From Halomonas sp. (GTDB taxonomy: Bacteria > Pseudomonadota > Gammaproteobacteria > Pseudomonadales > Halomonadaceae): a stretch of 64,000 bases of DNA. Location of the stretch: NCBI RefSeq assembly GCF_029263665.1, contig NZ_JAJUFQ010000019.1, positions 18,604 through 82,603 of the forward strand. Direction: 5' to 3'. Position 1 is the stretch's first letter. Each line of letters opens with the position of its first letter. Below the pieces are notes generated by a model. The model worked only from the letters and a program-made list of their open reading frames with translations. It searched no databases and was not told the origin of the DNA. A program made the translations under genes and the position numbers. Of the stretch, positions 1 through 10,228 are shown one piece after another.

Positions 1-1
1 C

Positions 2-259
2 CTGGAACATGGCATCTGTTATTCCGAGGAAAGCCACGCCATTCAAGCCACCGTTGCGGGCCACGGGGTGGCGCTATTGAGCCTGCTGCTGGTGGAAGAA
101 GAACTCGAGCAAGGGCTGCTGCAAGTCGTCTCTGAGCCGGTTCTCAAGGGAATGTCCTATCACATCCTCAAGTCCCGCAACCGCCCGACATCAGAAGCCG
201 TTGCCACCGTGGAAGCATGGCTGACGCGCATGTCTCGATACGCGCCAGAAACTTCATGA
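2..259 (+). CDS. LysR-family regulator, C-terminal part (runs in from window start)
   Basis: Frame is open from base 2 (LEHGICYSEESHAIQATVAGHGVALLSLLLVEEEL..GLL), typical of the end of a GcvA-like LysR substrate-binding domain. Confidence 0.7.
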   Translation: MEHGICYSEESHAIQATVAGHGVALLSLLLVEEELEQGLLQVVSEPVLKGMSYHILKSRNRPTSEAVATVEAWLTRMSRYAPETS

Positions 260-261
260 CA

Positions 262-1155
262 TCATGCCAGTTCCAGTGCTTCGAGAAGTGTTGCCAGCTT
301 CTGTCTGCTCGGGCCTTCCAGCGCCTTGAGCGGCAGAGGCAGGCATGGCGACTCGACCAGTCCCTGAAGCTCGGCGGCAGCGGCCATCACACGCAGACTT
401 CCACCATACTGGCCAAACAGCTCCCACAAGGGTTGCAAGCGCTCGGACAGGCGCATGGCCTGGTGAGCATCGCCCTTCTGTGCAGCACGCGTGATCGCCA
501 GCGCTGTCTTGGGGAATAACCCGCCGATGACCGAATACCATGCATCACAACCTGCGTTCAGGCCCGTTGCTGCCAGGACATCACCGCTGACGCCAATGGT
601 CACATGCGCTGGAATCAGGGCCCGCAGGCGGTCGACTCGTGCCTTGGCTGCTTCGGGATCTGCCGGAACGCCGGGAATCTTGATCGAGCCTACGTTCGCT
701 AGCTGAGCAATACGACCATGCAGTTCGTCGCTGAATGTAAAGTGCGTGGTCGTCGGGTTATCGTACACACATAACGGCACGGAGAGGTGACGCGTCACAT
801 TTTCAAAGAGGCCGAAAACCTCATCTTCAGACAACTTCTGATACGACATTGGCGCCAGCAATACACCGCTTGCCCCGGCTTTTTGTGCATCCTCAGCCGC
901 ATCCAGCACATCACGGGTACGCAGAGCGCCGATACCGACGATCACCGGTACCTTGCCGGCCTGTGCTACTGCAAGCTGTGTCACTTGTTCCCGCTCAGCG
1001 CGATTGAGATAGGCATAGCTGCCCGTCGATCCAAGCGCTCCGATGGAGTCGACCCCAGCAGCAACCAGGCGATCGATCAGCCGGGCAAACGCCGCCTCGT
1101 CAATGCCGCTCTCATTCATCGGTGTCAAAGGAAAAGCACTGAGTCCGGAAAACAT
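262..1155 (-). CDS. Dihydrodipicolinate synthase (DHDPS/NAL) family aldolase
   Basis: AFPLTP, LGSTGSY and YDNP motifs, plus SIK Schiff-base lysine; 297 aa. Confidence 0.85.
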   Translation of the reverse strand: MFSGLSAFPLTPMNESGIDEAAFARLIDRLVAAGVDSIGALGSTGSYAYLNRAEREQVTQLAVAQAGKVPVIVGIGALRTRDVLDAAEDAQKAGASGVLLAPMSYQKLSEDEVFGLFENVTRHLSVPLCVYDNPTTTHFTFSDELHGRIAQLANVGSIKIPGVPADPEAAKARVDRLRALIPAHVTIGVSGDVLAATGLNAGCDAWYSVIGGLFPKTALAITRAAQKGDAHQAMRLSERLQPLWELFGQYGGSLRVMAAAAELQGLVESPCLPLPLKALEGPSRQKLATLLEALELA

Positions 1156-1298
1156 CGAGAAAGCTCCCTATTTTTGTGGTCGATATCGAATAGCTGTCGG
1201 AATCGAAAGGCACAAGTACCACATCGGCTTCACCACTCAAGTGCAACGCTCATCCTTGGCAGGTTGCACCGAGCCATGACATTGTTCCACTGATACTA

Positions 1299-2075
1299 TC
1301 ACTCCGAGCTTTCATGCCGAGTTAGATAAGCCCGAGGAGAAAACCCTGTCATCTTGCGGAAGAAAGCGATGAAGGCGCTGTCGCTGGTGAAGCCAAGCAC
1401 ACTGGCCACTCCCGTCGTGCGCTCTCCTCTTGCCAGTAACTCAATCGCCTTGATCAAGCGCCATTGTTGACGCCATTGTTGATAACCAAATCCTGTTTCG
1501 CGGCGAAATATCCTACCAATAGTCCTTTCACTGGCTCCCACCTGAGTGGCAAATATCGCCAGAGGAGGTGGTAATTCGTGCAACGACATTCTGGCAAGAC
1601 GACTATCCATCGGTAACGGCAAAAGCGTAGGCTCCCGACGTGCTGCATGAATTTCATCCAGGCATACCGCTAAAAGATGGGCAGCGGGCCCTCCTTGCCA
1701 GTCGGTATCGAAGCGCGATAGAGCAATACGCTCCAGAATAGCCCTCAACAACGGCGTCACCTCGAGCACCTGGACACTTTCCGGCAATCCCCTAACCTGT
1801 TTGGTATCGAGGTAAATGGACCGATAATCCACCGTCTCCATCATCTCAGCCCGATGGGGTGCCAAGGGAGGAATCCAGGCAACACGCGTCGGCGGCAGCA
1901 TGCATAATTGGTTCGTCAGGGTAATGCGAATACAGCCCCGCTGGGCAAACAGTAGTTGCCCCATGTGGTGCTGATGGACACCTGAGTCATGATGCCTCAG
2001 GTCGGCTGCGATACCCACCACAGGTTGTCCCAACACATCCGGTGAAAAAACGTCATCAGCCTGCAACCATGCCAT
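1299..2075 (-). CDS. AraC-family transcriptional regulator
   Basis: N-terminal cupin (HQHHMGQL) and C-terminal double HTH (LGFTSDSAFIAFFRKMTGFSP). Confidence 0.9.
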   Translation of the reverse strand: MAWLQADDVFSPDVLGQPVVGIAADLRHHDSGVHQHHMGQLLFAQRGCIRITLTNQLCMLPPTRVAWIPPLAPHRAEMMETVDYRSIYLDTKQVRGLPESVQVLEVTPLLRAILERIALSRFDTDWQGGPAAHLLAVCLDEIHAARREPTLLPLPMDSRLARMSLHELPPPLAIFATQVGASERTIGRIFRRETGFGYQQWRQQWRLIKAIELLARGERTTGVASVLGFTSDSAFIAFFRKMTGFSPRAYLTRHESSE

Positions 2076-2179
2076 AGCTGTCCGATCTCAAACATTTATT
2101 GTCACAATTGTTGTAACAGGTCATTTAATGCATGTCTAAGATCCATCGCCTCATATTCACTTACAGGCGATGAAAGATC

Positions 2180-3331
2180 ATGCAACGCCCCTCTCCTCCC
2201 GGGCTTCCATTGGCCACAGCGCTGATGATGTTCCCACAGGTCGTCGAGACCATCTATAGTCCAGCATTACCCGATATTGCCCGAGGTTTCTCCGTCACTG
2301 CGGAGCATGCGGGACAAACGCTATCGCTGTACTTTCTCGCCTTTGCACTCGGGGTGGTGACATGGGGGCGCACATGCGATCAATGGGGGCGGCGTCCCAC
2401 CATGCTGGCAGGGCTGTCACTCTACGGCGTAGCCTCTTTGGTTGCCTTGTTGAGTTCCAGTTTTGAATGCCTGCTGATAGCAAGAATGTTGGCGGCATTT
2501 GGTGCAGCCGTAGGCTCAGTGGGTACGCAAACCATGCTTCGCGACAGCTATCATGGCGAAAAACTGGCCCGCATTTTTGCGTTGATGGGGGTGGCACTGG
2601 CTGCCAGCCCAGCTCTCGGCATGATCAGTGGCGCCGTACTGACAGATTATTCCGGTTATCAGGGTGTGTTTACTTGCCTGGCCATGCTCGCCGCAGTGTT
2701 GCTCGGCTGGTCCACTATCATGCTGCCAGAAACTCGTCCCCCGCGTATTGCCAGCGTATCGCTTACCCAGACGTTGATGATGATGCTCAAGGACCAGGAT
2801 ATCTGGAGAACAGCCCTTCTCGTGGCGTTATTCAATGTATGCCTCTTTGCCTACTATCAATTAGCTCCCTTCGACTTCAAGAGAATGGGGCTTTCGAATG
2901 AAATGTTTGGCTATAGTGGCATGGCCATGGCCTGTGGCGTTGGCCTGGGAGCACTGTTGAACCATTATCTGCTCAAGGCAGGGTGGTCATCGAGCTTCCT
3001 GGTGTTGCTGGCAGCATTGCTGGTCTTGATAGGCGCGATGGGAGTAACTATTGCATCGACATGGAGATTCATCATGCCGATGGTTCTGGTCGTGATGGCC
3101 TATGGCATTGCCATCCCCAATATCCTGGCAACAGCACTAGCGAATTATGCAGACCGCAAAGGAACAGCAGGCGCTGTGCTTGGCCTTCTCTATTATTTGA
3201 TGCTAGGTATCGGACTGATGATGACTTCCGAGATACAGCGCCTTGGAGAAGTACTTTTCTGCTGCGGTATTGGTGCGTTGCTCTGCGCAACTCATGCGCA
3301 TTTTGCAACACTCAGAAAAGCGACAAGCTGA
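2180..3331 (+). CDS. Bcr/CflA-like MFS efflux transporter
   Basis: ETIYSPALPDIA and DQWGRRP MFS motifs; about 12 hydrophobic segments; divergent from the AraC gene. Confidence 0.85.
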   Translation: MQRPSPPGLPLATALMMFPQVVETIYSPALPDIARGFSVTAEHAGQTLSLYFLAFALGVVTWGRTCDQWGRRPTMLAGLSLYGVASLVALLSSSFECLLIARMLAAFGAAVGSVGTQTMLRDSYHGEKLARIFALMGVALAASPALGMISGAVLTDYSGYQGVFTCLAMLAAVLLGWSTIMLPETRPPRIASVSLTQTLMMMLKDQDIWRTALLVALFNVCLFAYYQLAPFDFKRMGLSNEMFGYSGMAMACGVGLGALLNHYLLKAGWSSSFLVLLAALLVLIGAMGVTIASTWRFIMPMVLVVMAYGIAIPNILATALANYADRKGTAGAVLGLLYYLMLGIGLMMTSEIQRLGEVLFCCGIGALLCATHAHFATLRKATS

Positions 3332-3348
3332 CATCCGAGCTTATTTTT

Positions 3349-3702
3349 TCAACACCCATGCTGCAAGATATTGACCAGCTTGCCGAAAGGATCACGAACG
3401 TAGAACCGCCGTACTCCCCATGGTTCGTTTACTGGCCCGTATTCAATAGCTACACCCGCACGGTGGAATCTGGCCAACGCAGCATCCAGGTCATCGACTT
3501 CGATCGACAGGTCAGGTACTGGCGTCCCTGAGCCGCCCTCGGTTCCAAAGCTTACTTGAACTGTCATCGTCGCGCCCGAGCCATATGTCTGGAACCAGCC
3601 ATGATCCATGATCAGCTCAAGACCCAGTATGTCACCGTAAAAGGCCTTCGCTTTCTTAAGATCTGATGTCGCGACATTGGACATGATACGTTTGACTTTC
3701 AT
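3349..3702 (-). CDS. VOC/glyoxalase family protein
   Basis: AKAFYGDILGL, SIEVDD and EPWGVRRFYVRDPFGKLVNI motifs; start set at the MKVKR ATG. Confidence 0.85.
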   Translation of the reverse strand: MKVKRIMSNVATSDLKKAKAFYGDILGLELIMDHGWFQTYGSGATMTVQVSFGTEGGSGTPVPDLSIEVDDLDAALARFHRAGVAIEYGPVNEPWGVRRFYVRDPFGKLVNILQHGC

Positions 3703-3817
3703 GCACCGCCCCATCCATATATTCCGTTTTAAAAGAATTATTTTTAAAGATTTTTGTAAGAACCAGCACCAAAGTCAGCTTCATTAAGCTTGCTTTCACA
3801 TCGCATGATCGAACCAT

Positions 3818-4183
3818 TTATTCCTGGCCGATTCCATGTTCTATTTCATATAAAAACGTCTCCAGAACCTTACGGCTTTGCGCGAGCTCTTGCGCCTTCT
3901 GGTCGGCCAGGCGAATTTGCTCATGCAAGGTATTGCGCAGCTCGTCACATGGTTCGAAGATGGGTCCGTCGCCTCTCACACAGGGCAGGAACTGACGAAT
4001 CGTCGCCAGCGTCATGCCTGCAGAGCCCAGCAGTCTGATCCGCTCGACCGTGCGAACCTCTGCGGGGTCATAGTCACGATAACCGCTGGCGGTACGGTGC
4101 GGCTTGAGCAGCCCTTCGGCCTCGTAATAACGCAGCATGCGAACACTTACACCAGTGCGCTTCGATAGTTCGCCTATCTTCAT
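3818..4183 (-). CDS. MerR-family transcriptional regulator
   Basis: MKIGELSKRTGVSVRMLRYYE..GLL HTH and a C-terminal coiled coil. Confidence 0.9.
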   Translation of the reverse strand: MKIGELSKRTGVSVRMLRYYEAEGLLKPHRTASGYRDYDPAEVRTVERIRLLGSAGMTLATIRQFLPCVRGDGPIFEPCDELRNTLHEQIRLADQKAQELAQSRKVLETFLYEIEHGIGQE

Positions 4184-4200
4184 CTCTGCATTTCACTCCC

Positions 4201-4232
4201 TTGACTCTGACAGCACTGTCAGGGTTTATGGT
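4201..4232 (+). promoter_or_regulatory. MerR-type promoter/operator
   Basis: TTGACT (4201-4206), dyad CTGACAG-CA-CTGTCAG (4207-4222), TATGGT (4227-4232); the elongated 20-bp spacer is characteristic of MerR targets. Confidence 0.75.
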
Positions 4233-4271
4233 AGCGGCTCTTTGATGTGCATCCACACGGGAGCAAACGAC

Positions 4272-5087
4272 ATGTCCAATGAAGCCAGCCTCTACCAAGC
4301 TCAGCTCAATGGCCGTCCAGCCACACAGGAAGAACTGGTTCCCCTGGCCTTTTCAGGCTTCGCCCACTTTACGGCGATGCAGGTGCGAAACGGCAAAGTC
4401 AAAGGGCTGGACCTGCACCTGGAGCGCCTGCGCAACGCCTCCATCGAGTTCTTTGGCAAGGCGCTACCCGACGAACCGTTGCAGTCCCATATCAAGACAG
4501 CCATCGACAAGAGCCCAGAAGACCTGTCATTGATCGTGACCGTCTTTTCTCGCCATGGCGAGTTCACCGCAGACAGCATGGATGTGGAACCCTCGGTTTT
4601 GGTTCGTACCAGTGCCCCATCCAATGGCCCTGAAGGGCCGCTAAGACTGGGCATCGTGGAACACGAAAGGCCGCTGGCTGCCATCAAGCATGTTGGCGAG
4701 GCCGGCAAGACCTATTACCTGCACCAGGCCATTCGCCAGGGCTTTGACGATGCCGCGTTTACCGATCGCCATGGTCGCTTGAGTGAGGCGACCATATGGA
4801 ACCTGGCCTTCTGGGACGGTGAAAGCGTCATCTGGCCAAAGGCGGACATGTTGCGTGGCACCATGATGAGCATCGTTCAACGGCAACTGGAACGGCTTGG
4901 CATCCCCCAACGTCATGAAGACATCAGCGTCGCGCGCCTTGCCAATTTATCCGGCGCAGCGGTGATGAATTCATGGACACCAGGTATTGCCGTCACCGCC
5001 ATAGGGATGCATGACATTGCCGAAGCCACCCCATTCATTCGCTTGCTGCATGAAGCCTACGAAGCAGAGCCTGAAAGCGCCTTCTGA
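4272..5087 (+). CDS. PLP-dependent aminotransferase class IV / ADC-lyase-like protein
   Basis: DLHLERL, IKH (candidate PLP lysine), SEATIWN and LRGTM motifs; start moved to ATG 4272, downstream of the MerR promoter. Confidence 0.8.
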   Translation: MSNEASLYQAQLNGRPATQEELVPLAFSGFAHFTAMQVRNGKVKGLDLHLERLRNASIEFFGKALPDEPLQSHIKTAIDKSPEDLSLIVTVFSRHGEFTADSMDVEPSVLVRTSAPSNGPEGPLRLGIVEHERPLAAIKHVGEAGKTYYLHQAIRQGFDDAAFTDRHGRLSEATIWNLAFWDGESVIWPKADMLRGTMMSIVQRQLERLGIPQRHEDISVARLANLSGAAVMNSWTPGIAVTAIGMHDIAEATPFIRLLHEAYEAEPESAF

Positions 5088-5159
5088 GGTCCTCTGAATT
5101 GCCTGTACCTCTATCTGCATGACACGGCATCGGTCATTGCGACCATTGCATTCTGCCAG

Positions 5160-5840
5160 TCAATCAGCGTTATCCTGGCTTGCCGATGTGGCAATCTGGT
5201 CACCTTCGGCAAGCCAGGCGATGACCTGCTGATCACTCACCTGCTGAAAGTCGTCATAGTAGGGGCTGATGGAATAGAAAAGCTCAGGACTTTCGATGCA
5301 GACAATCTCGTCGACTTCGCTTCGCAACTGCTGCAGCGTATCCTTGGGAGCCACGGGAACCGCCAGCACAAGCCTGTCCGGCTCGGCCAGACGCAATGCC
5401 TTGAGTGCAGCACGCACCGTGGCGCCAGTGGCGATCCCATCGTCGATGACGATGGCCGTCATGCCCTTCACACTGACGCGCTTGCGCCCTTTCAGGTAAC
5501 TCGACCGGCGACGCTCGATTTCCCTCAGCTCATGGGCCTTGAGCACCTCGAACTCTTCGTCGCTGACGTTCGCGTGCTGCTTGATATCCTCATTGACCAC
5601 CACCTGAGGCGTATCACCATCGACCACTGCCCCCAGTGCCAGTTCGGGCTGGTAAGGTACTCCTATCTTGCGCACGAGCAGCAGATCCAGGGGCGCCTGG
5701 AGCACTTTGGCAATTTCCAACGCGACAGGCACGCCACCACGCGGCAACGCCAAGGCGACCGGTTTCGCGTAATGCCTTTCCTTGAGACGTTCTGCCAGAA
5801 GCTGCCCCGCTTCCGTACGGCTGGCAAAGTGGCTGCCCAT
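5160..5840 (-). CDS. Type I phosphoribosyltransferase family protein
   Basis: LALPRGGVP and VIDDGIATGAT PRPP-binding motif. Confidence 0.85.
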   Translation of the reverse strand: MGSHFASRTEAGQLLAERLKERHYAKPVALALPRGGVPVALEIAKVLQAPLDLLLVRKIGVPYQPELALGAVVDGDTPQVVVNEDIKQHANVSDEEFEVLKAHELREIERRRSSYLKGRKRVSVKGMTAIVIDDGIATGATVRAALKALRLAEPDRLVLAVPVAPKDTLQQLRSEVDEIVCIESPELFYSISPYYDDFQQVSDQQVIAWLAEGDQIATSASQDNAD

Positions 5841-5980
5841 GATGACTTCCTGACGACATGTGCGCTGAACGACACTCGCCGTTTATCTATCAAATCTCAC
5901 CGATGACCAAGCAAGTCTGCCATTCACCTACCAAGTCTAGTCCAGGGGAAACAGGGCATAACGAAGATTCGCCTGGCATT

Positions 5981-6883
5981 TCAGTCGACCGCCTCGTCCA
6001 CTTTTCCCGTCTGCAGGATGGCTTGCCGACACGCTGGCACAAACTGCCCTTCCCAATCCCGGTCCACGGCGACCTGGGCCTGAACCCGGCTCTCTTCGAG
6101 CGCGTCAAAGTCAAGGTCGGCCACCGCCCACACCTGGTCACCCTCGGTGATGGCAAGAATGCCGTCGTCGGGAAAGCCATGGTCCATTGGCGCATAGAGC
6201 GCGGCTTCTCCGGTATTCGTATCCAGCGCCGGGCTCCACTCGGCATCCCCCGCGGTGACGGCATGTGCCACGAACATGCGGTTTTCCAGTGCCCGCGCCA
6301 TGCAACCCACGCGTACCCGCGTGGCACCGGCAGCCAGGTCGGTGCAGCTCGGTACAAGCAACAGGCGGGCGCCTGCCTCTTGCTGAGCCCGCACTGGTAG
6401 AGGGAATTCCGAGTCGTAGCACACGGCAATACCGGTACGGATGCCGTTCATGTCGAACACGTTCAGGACATCGCCGCCATCGATCACTTCGGCAGCCTTT
6501 TCAAAGCCGGTCAATTGAAGCTTGTCCTGATATCCCTGTCGTCCGTCTGGAGCGAACCACCAGGCGCGATTGCGATAACGCCCATCACCCACTGCGGTAA
6601 GGAAGGTGCCAGCCTGGATGATCAGGCCCAACTCCCGGGAGAGATCTGCATACAGCGTTATCCAGTCCTGCTGGAAACGTTGCAGTGCCACCAGCGACTT
6701 ATGCATGTCTCCCCGGATATCGTCCGCAAACATTCCTGCCAGTTCGAGTGAAAGGTACTCGGGCAATACTGCCAGTTCCGCTCCCGCCTGCCGGGCTTCC
6801 GACAGCAACTGACGCTGCCGGGCAGCGAACTGCGTAAAATCTTCCGGTGCCTGTACCGGATACTTGGCTACGGCGACTCTCAT
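5981..6883 (-). CDS. Carbon-nitrogen hydrolase (nitrilase superfamily)
   Basis: Glu-Lys-Cys triad motifs LPEY, QDKL and VCYDSEF. Confidence 0.9.
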   Translation of the reverse strand: MRVAVAKYPVQAPEDFTQFAARQRQLLSEARQAGAELAVLPEYLSLELAGMFADDIRGDMHKSLVALQRFQQDWITLYADLSRELGLIIQAGTFLTAVGDGRYRNRAWWFAPDGRQGYQDKLQLTGFEKAAEVIDGGDVLNVFDMNGIRTGIAVCYDSEFPLPVRAQQEAGARLLLVPSCTDLAAGATRVRVGCMARALENRMFVAHAVTAGDAEWSPALDTNTGEAALYAPMDHGFPDDGILAITEGDQVWAVADLDFDALEESRVQAQVAVDRDWEGQFVPACRQAILQTGKVDEAVD

Positions 6884-6938
6884 GGTGTCTTGCTCACAGA
6901 TGTCTTTTCCGGGGATATCTTTCTCGCGAATCTCTTGC

Positions 6939-7556
6939 TCAATGTACCTTCTCCAAGGGACGCAGCCAGAAGGTCAGGGCTTGCTCTGTTTCTCGCTCGT
7001 CCCCGATCTGTTTCCAGGCCAGCTGCATCTGCATGTCGGGATGCCGAACGTATCCACGGCGGGTCCAGAATGGATCATTGGCACGATAACCGGCAGGACG
7101 CCGTGGATCATCCTCGCTGCGATCGACCGCAGCGAAAGCTGTCCACTTGAAGGTGCCGAGCGCACGGGCATGCGCCTCGCGCTCGTCGAAGAAGCGATGG
7201 CCCAGCCCTTGGCCGCGATATTCGGGCAGCAAGATGGATTCGCCGAAGTAGAAGACATCGTCCATGTCCATGCCACGCTCGAGGAATGGTGCCTGGAAAT
7301 CCGTTTCCGCCTCAGCCAGCGGCAGGCCAGTGGATGCACCGACGACTCGCTCGCCATCCAGCGCAAGGACGAGCAGTGCATCTGATGCACGGGTGTAGGT
7401 CTGCAGATAATTGGCTTCGTAATCCACATCGCCATCATAGAGATAGGGATAGTCGCGAAACACGTCGATGCGCAGCTGTGCCACCTCTGATAGCCACTCA
7501 GCGATGTCACCTCCGCGACACACGATCACCTGCAGGCCAGCACTCACCTCAGGCAT
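6939..7556 (-). CDS. GNAT-family N-acetyltransferase
   Basis: ESILLPEYRGQGLG acetyl-CoA motif; start moved to ATG 7556, which overlaps the upstream stop. Confidence 0.8.
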   Translation of the reverse strand: MPEVSAGLQVIVCRGGDIAEWLSEVAQLRIDVFRDYPYLYDGDVDYEANYLQTYTRASDALLVLALDGERVVGASTGLPLAEAETDFQAPFLERGMDMDDVFYFGESILLPEYRGQGLGHRFFDEREAHARALGTFKWTAFAAVDRSEDDPRRPAGYRANDPFWTRRGYVRHPDMQMQLAWKQIGDERETEQALTFWLRPLEKVH

Positions 7557-7956
7557 CTCCAGCGACCTGCGCCATCCAGTCACCCAGGTTGTAGTAGTTG
7601 GTGACTCGCGTGATCTGGCCATCTCGAATATCAAAGAACGCCCCACCCGGCAGCACATAACGCTGACCGTTCGCCTCGGGCAGCCCCTCGTCGGTGACCC
7701 GATAGATGCCATGCACGACATACTCGGCCCCCGCCCGTGAACCATCGGCACTTGGCATCACCACGATGTCATGCAGCTGCTCGCTGTAACTGCGATCCAT
7801 GCGCTCGAGGAAGGTACGGAAAGCGTCGCGTCCGATTTCGCGCTCGCCCTGGTTGAGATCGTGCACGACATCATCTGACAGCAGCGCGAGCATGGCCTCG
7901 CGATCGCCACGATTGAACGCGGCGTAGTAGGCATTGATCAGGTCCAGCGTGTTCAT
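7549..7956 (-). CDS. Ketosteroid-isomerase-like (SnoaL/NTF2 fold) protein
   Basis: YYAAFNRGD..MLALLSDDVVHD and DGQITRVTNYYN motifs; 135 aa. Confidence 0.85.
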   Translation of the reverse strand: MNTLDLINAYYAAFNRGDREAMLALLSDDVVHDLNQGEREIGRDAFRTFLERMDRSYSEQLHDIVVMPSADGSRAGAEYVVHGIYRVTDEGLPEANGQRYVLPGGAFFDIRDGQITRVTNYYNLGDWMAQVAGDA

Positions 7957-8129
7957 TCAGGTCTCCACATTGTTCGATCCGCTCTGCGAGCCATTCAATG
8001 GCCGGGCAGCAGTATGAAAAGGCATGCGCATCGCTGTATATGGAATCATGTCGATTTCATAATTCCAGTTTGTGGAACAAAAGTCGTGGCATAGAATGAC
8101 CCAGAATGGGGCCAGGTCGGAGCGTCACG

Positions 8130-9044
8130 ATGCAGAACGAACTCGAATTGCTGCGGATCTTCCGGGCAGCCGCGGAATCACCGAGCTTTCGTGAAACGGC
8201 GGTTCGGCTCAGCCTGTCACCCCAGGGCGTCACGCGTGCCATCCAGCAATTGGAAGCGCATTACGGCGAGTTGCTGTTTCATCGCAATACGCGACAGGTG
8301 CGGATCACCGCCTTCGGCGAAACGCTACTCGCCCGCTCTCGCCCCGTGCTTGAGCAGTTCGAGGACCTGTGGCGCCCTCCCGGCACGAAAGAGGATGTAG
8401 CCCTCAGCGGTCTGGTCCGCGTCACCGCACCACATAGCCTCGGTGCACGAGCCGTATTGCCCGCCATGCAGCATGTCGCCGCCCATCACCCCGGTATTGT
8501 GCTTGATCTGCGCCTGTCAGACCGTATCAGTGATGCCGTCGATGAAGGCATCGATGTCGGCCTGCGGGTCGGCTTCATGCGTGATAGCCGATTTGTCGCC
8601 CGCCAGGCAGGTCAGATGCAGCTGCATACGGTGGCCAGCCCAGCACTTATCGAGCGTGTCGGAACACCACATGATATCGACGCCCTGGCCCACCTGCCTG
8701 TCACGGCGGCACTCGATATCAACACCGGCCGCCCCTGGCCCTGGTACTTCAAGGGCGGACGGCAATGGGTGCCGCCATCACCTGCCGTGATCGCCGACGA
8801 CGCAGACATGGAGATGGGCGCCGTGCTGGCCGGTATTGCCTTCGCCCAACTCGCTGACTACATGGCCCACCCCTACATCGCCAGCGGTAAACTGGTGAAA
8901 GTCCTTGAGGATCAGGCACCTCCCGCATGGGGCTTGTACGTCTACCGGCCTCAACGTGGGCCTGTTCCCGGGCGCGTGCGAGTCATGTTCGATGCCTTGT
9001 CCAACGCCGTCAGCGAACTGGCTGACTTTTCAGGCCAATGCTAG
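8130..9044 (+). CDS. LysR-family regulator
   Basis: N-terminal HTH (SFRETAVRLSLSPQGVTRAIQQLE); DmlR/CrgA-type effector domain; GGAG before ATG 8130. Confidence 0.9.
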   Translation: MQNELELLRIFRAAAESPSFRETAVRLSLSPQGVTRAIQQLEAHYGELLFHRNTRQVRITAFGETLLARSRPVLEQFEDLWRPPGTKEDVALSGLVRVTAPHSLGARAVLPAMQHVAAHHPGIVLDLRLSDRISDAVDEGIDVGLRVGFMRDSRFVARQAGQMQLHTVASPALIERVGTPHDIDALAHLPVTAALDINTGRPWPWYFKGGRQWVPPSPAVIADDADMEMGAVLAGIAFAQLADYMAHPYIASGKLVKVLEDQAPPAWGLYVYRPQRGPVPGRVRVMFDALSNAVSELADFSGQC

Positions 9045-9092
9045 GTTGTTGACCCCACTCCACGGCCGAACCACCATCGAACAGGCCATCCG

Positions 9093-10112
9093 TCAGAACC
9101 CCTCTTCCTCAAGGTAATCTGCCAGAGATTCCAATATCTCCAGCCCCTGTACATCGGTGGGCAGCCAAGGAAGTCGTGGCCGCGGCAAATGGCCAAGCTC
9201 GGTGTCGATACGCTCGAGATAGCGAGCTTCCTGTTCGCGACGGGCACTCAGGAAATCACCATCGGCCTGCACAGGAATCACACGGTTGACCAGCGTACCG
9301 GCCACCGGAATATGTACCTCTTCCAGTGCTGCCACTGCGCGCACGGTTTCGAGAATAGGCAGACGCTCCGGGGTCAGCACGAAAAGAAACCCTGTCTGCC
9401 CAGCAGACTCGATGCATCGCCGAGCACGATGAAAGAGCCGGCGCCGCTCGATCAGCGTACGAGCCACATCACGGGTTCGCTCGTCGAGGTCGGACAGCGG
9501 ATCCTCCTGAGGATCATCAAAGGGGGTGGAGACATCTCGGCCGCGCTTGGGTGTCAGGTGGGAAAGGACCTTGCCGAGCTCCTTGGACTTGCGGTTATGG
9601 GCCAGCAAGCCATCGGTCCAGGCGACCATGGCTTCGGGAAGACTCAGGAGTCTCAAAGTATGGCCGGTAGGTGCCGTGTCGATGATGAGCAGGTCATGGT
9701 CAGAGTCATCCTCGGTGATCAACCGCGACAACCGCTCCAGCAAAGCAGCCTCCTGAGTCCCTGGAGATTGCCGGGTCATACGCATCTGACGCTCCAGTTC
9801 CTTCATCATTTCTGGGGCAGCATAGCGGCGCATCTGTTGCGTAACTCTTGTCAGGTAGGATTCCACCTCAACGTCGGGGTCAATCTCCATGGCCTCCAGC
9901 CCGGGTAGCAGGCGTCGTGGAACATCGCCCAACTCACGGTCGAAGACATCCCCCAGGCTATGGGCAGGGTCGGTGGAAACCACCAATACTCGCTGGCCGC
10001 GCCGCGCCGCCAGCACCGCCAGTGCAGCAGATACGGTGGTCTTGCCTACGCCACCCTTGCCCCCCACCCACAGCAAGCGCTTTTCCAGTAACGCTTTCAT
10101 GCACCCTTTCAT
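9093..10112 (-). CDS. Single-domain ArsA/GET3-like ATPase
   Basis: GGKGGVGKTT, STDPAHS and DTAPTGH motifs; start uncertain (10100, 10112 or 10130). Confidence 0.9.
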   Translation of the reverse strand: MKGCMKALLEKRLLWVGGKGGVGKTTVSAALAVLAARRGQRVLVVSTDPAHSLGDVFDRELGDVPRRLLPGLEAMEIDPDVEVESYLTRVTQQMRRYAAPEMMKELERQMRMTRQSPGTQEAALLERLSRLITEDDSDHDLLIIDTAPTGHTLRLLSLPEAMVAWTDGLLAHNRKSKELGKVLSHLTPKRGRDVSTPFDDPQEDPLSDLDERTRDVARTLIERRRLFHRARRCIESAGQTGFLFVLTPERLPILETVRAVAALEEVHIPVAGTLVNRVIPVQADGDFLSARREQEARYLERIDTELGHLPRPRLPWLPTDVQGLEILESLADYLEEEGF

Positions 10113-10228
10113 GGCTTTTCCTGTGTCCATTCCACGCCCTTTCCATTGACGCAATCATCCTCAGCAGCGGAGACAGGAAGACCATTGCGCGGTAGCAGTT
10201 ATGATGCTTATGGGAAACGCTGAATAAA

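Noticed and set aside
9093-10112. ArsA-like ATPase as an arsenic-resistance determinant
   Set aside because: It is single-domain, has no arsB/arsC/arsD/arsR neighbours, and sits in the CstA/CC-protein context.
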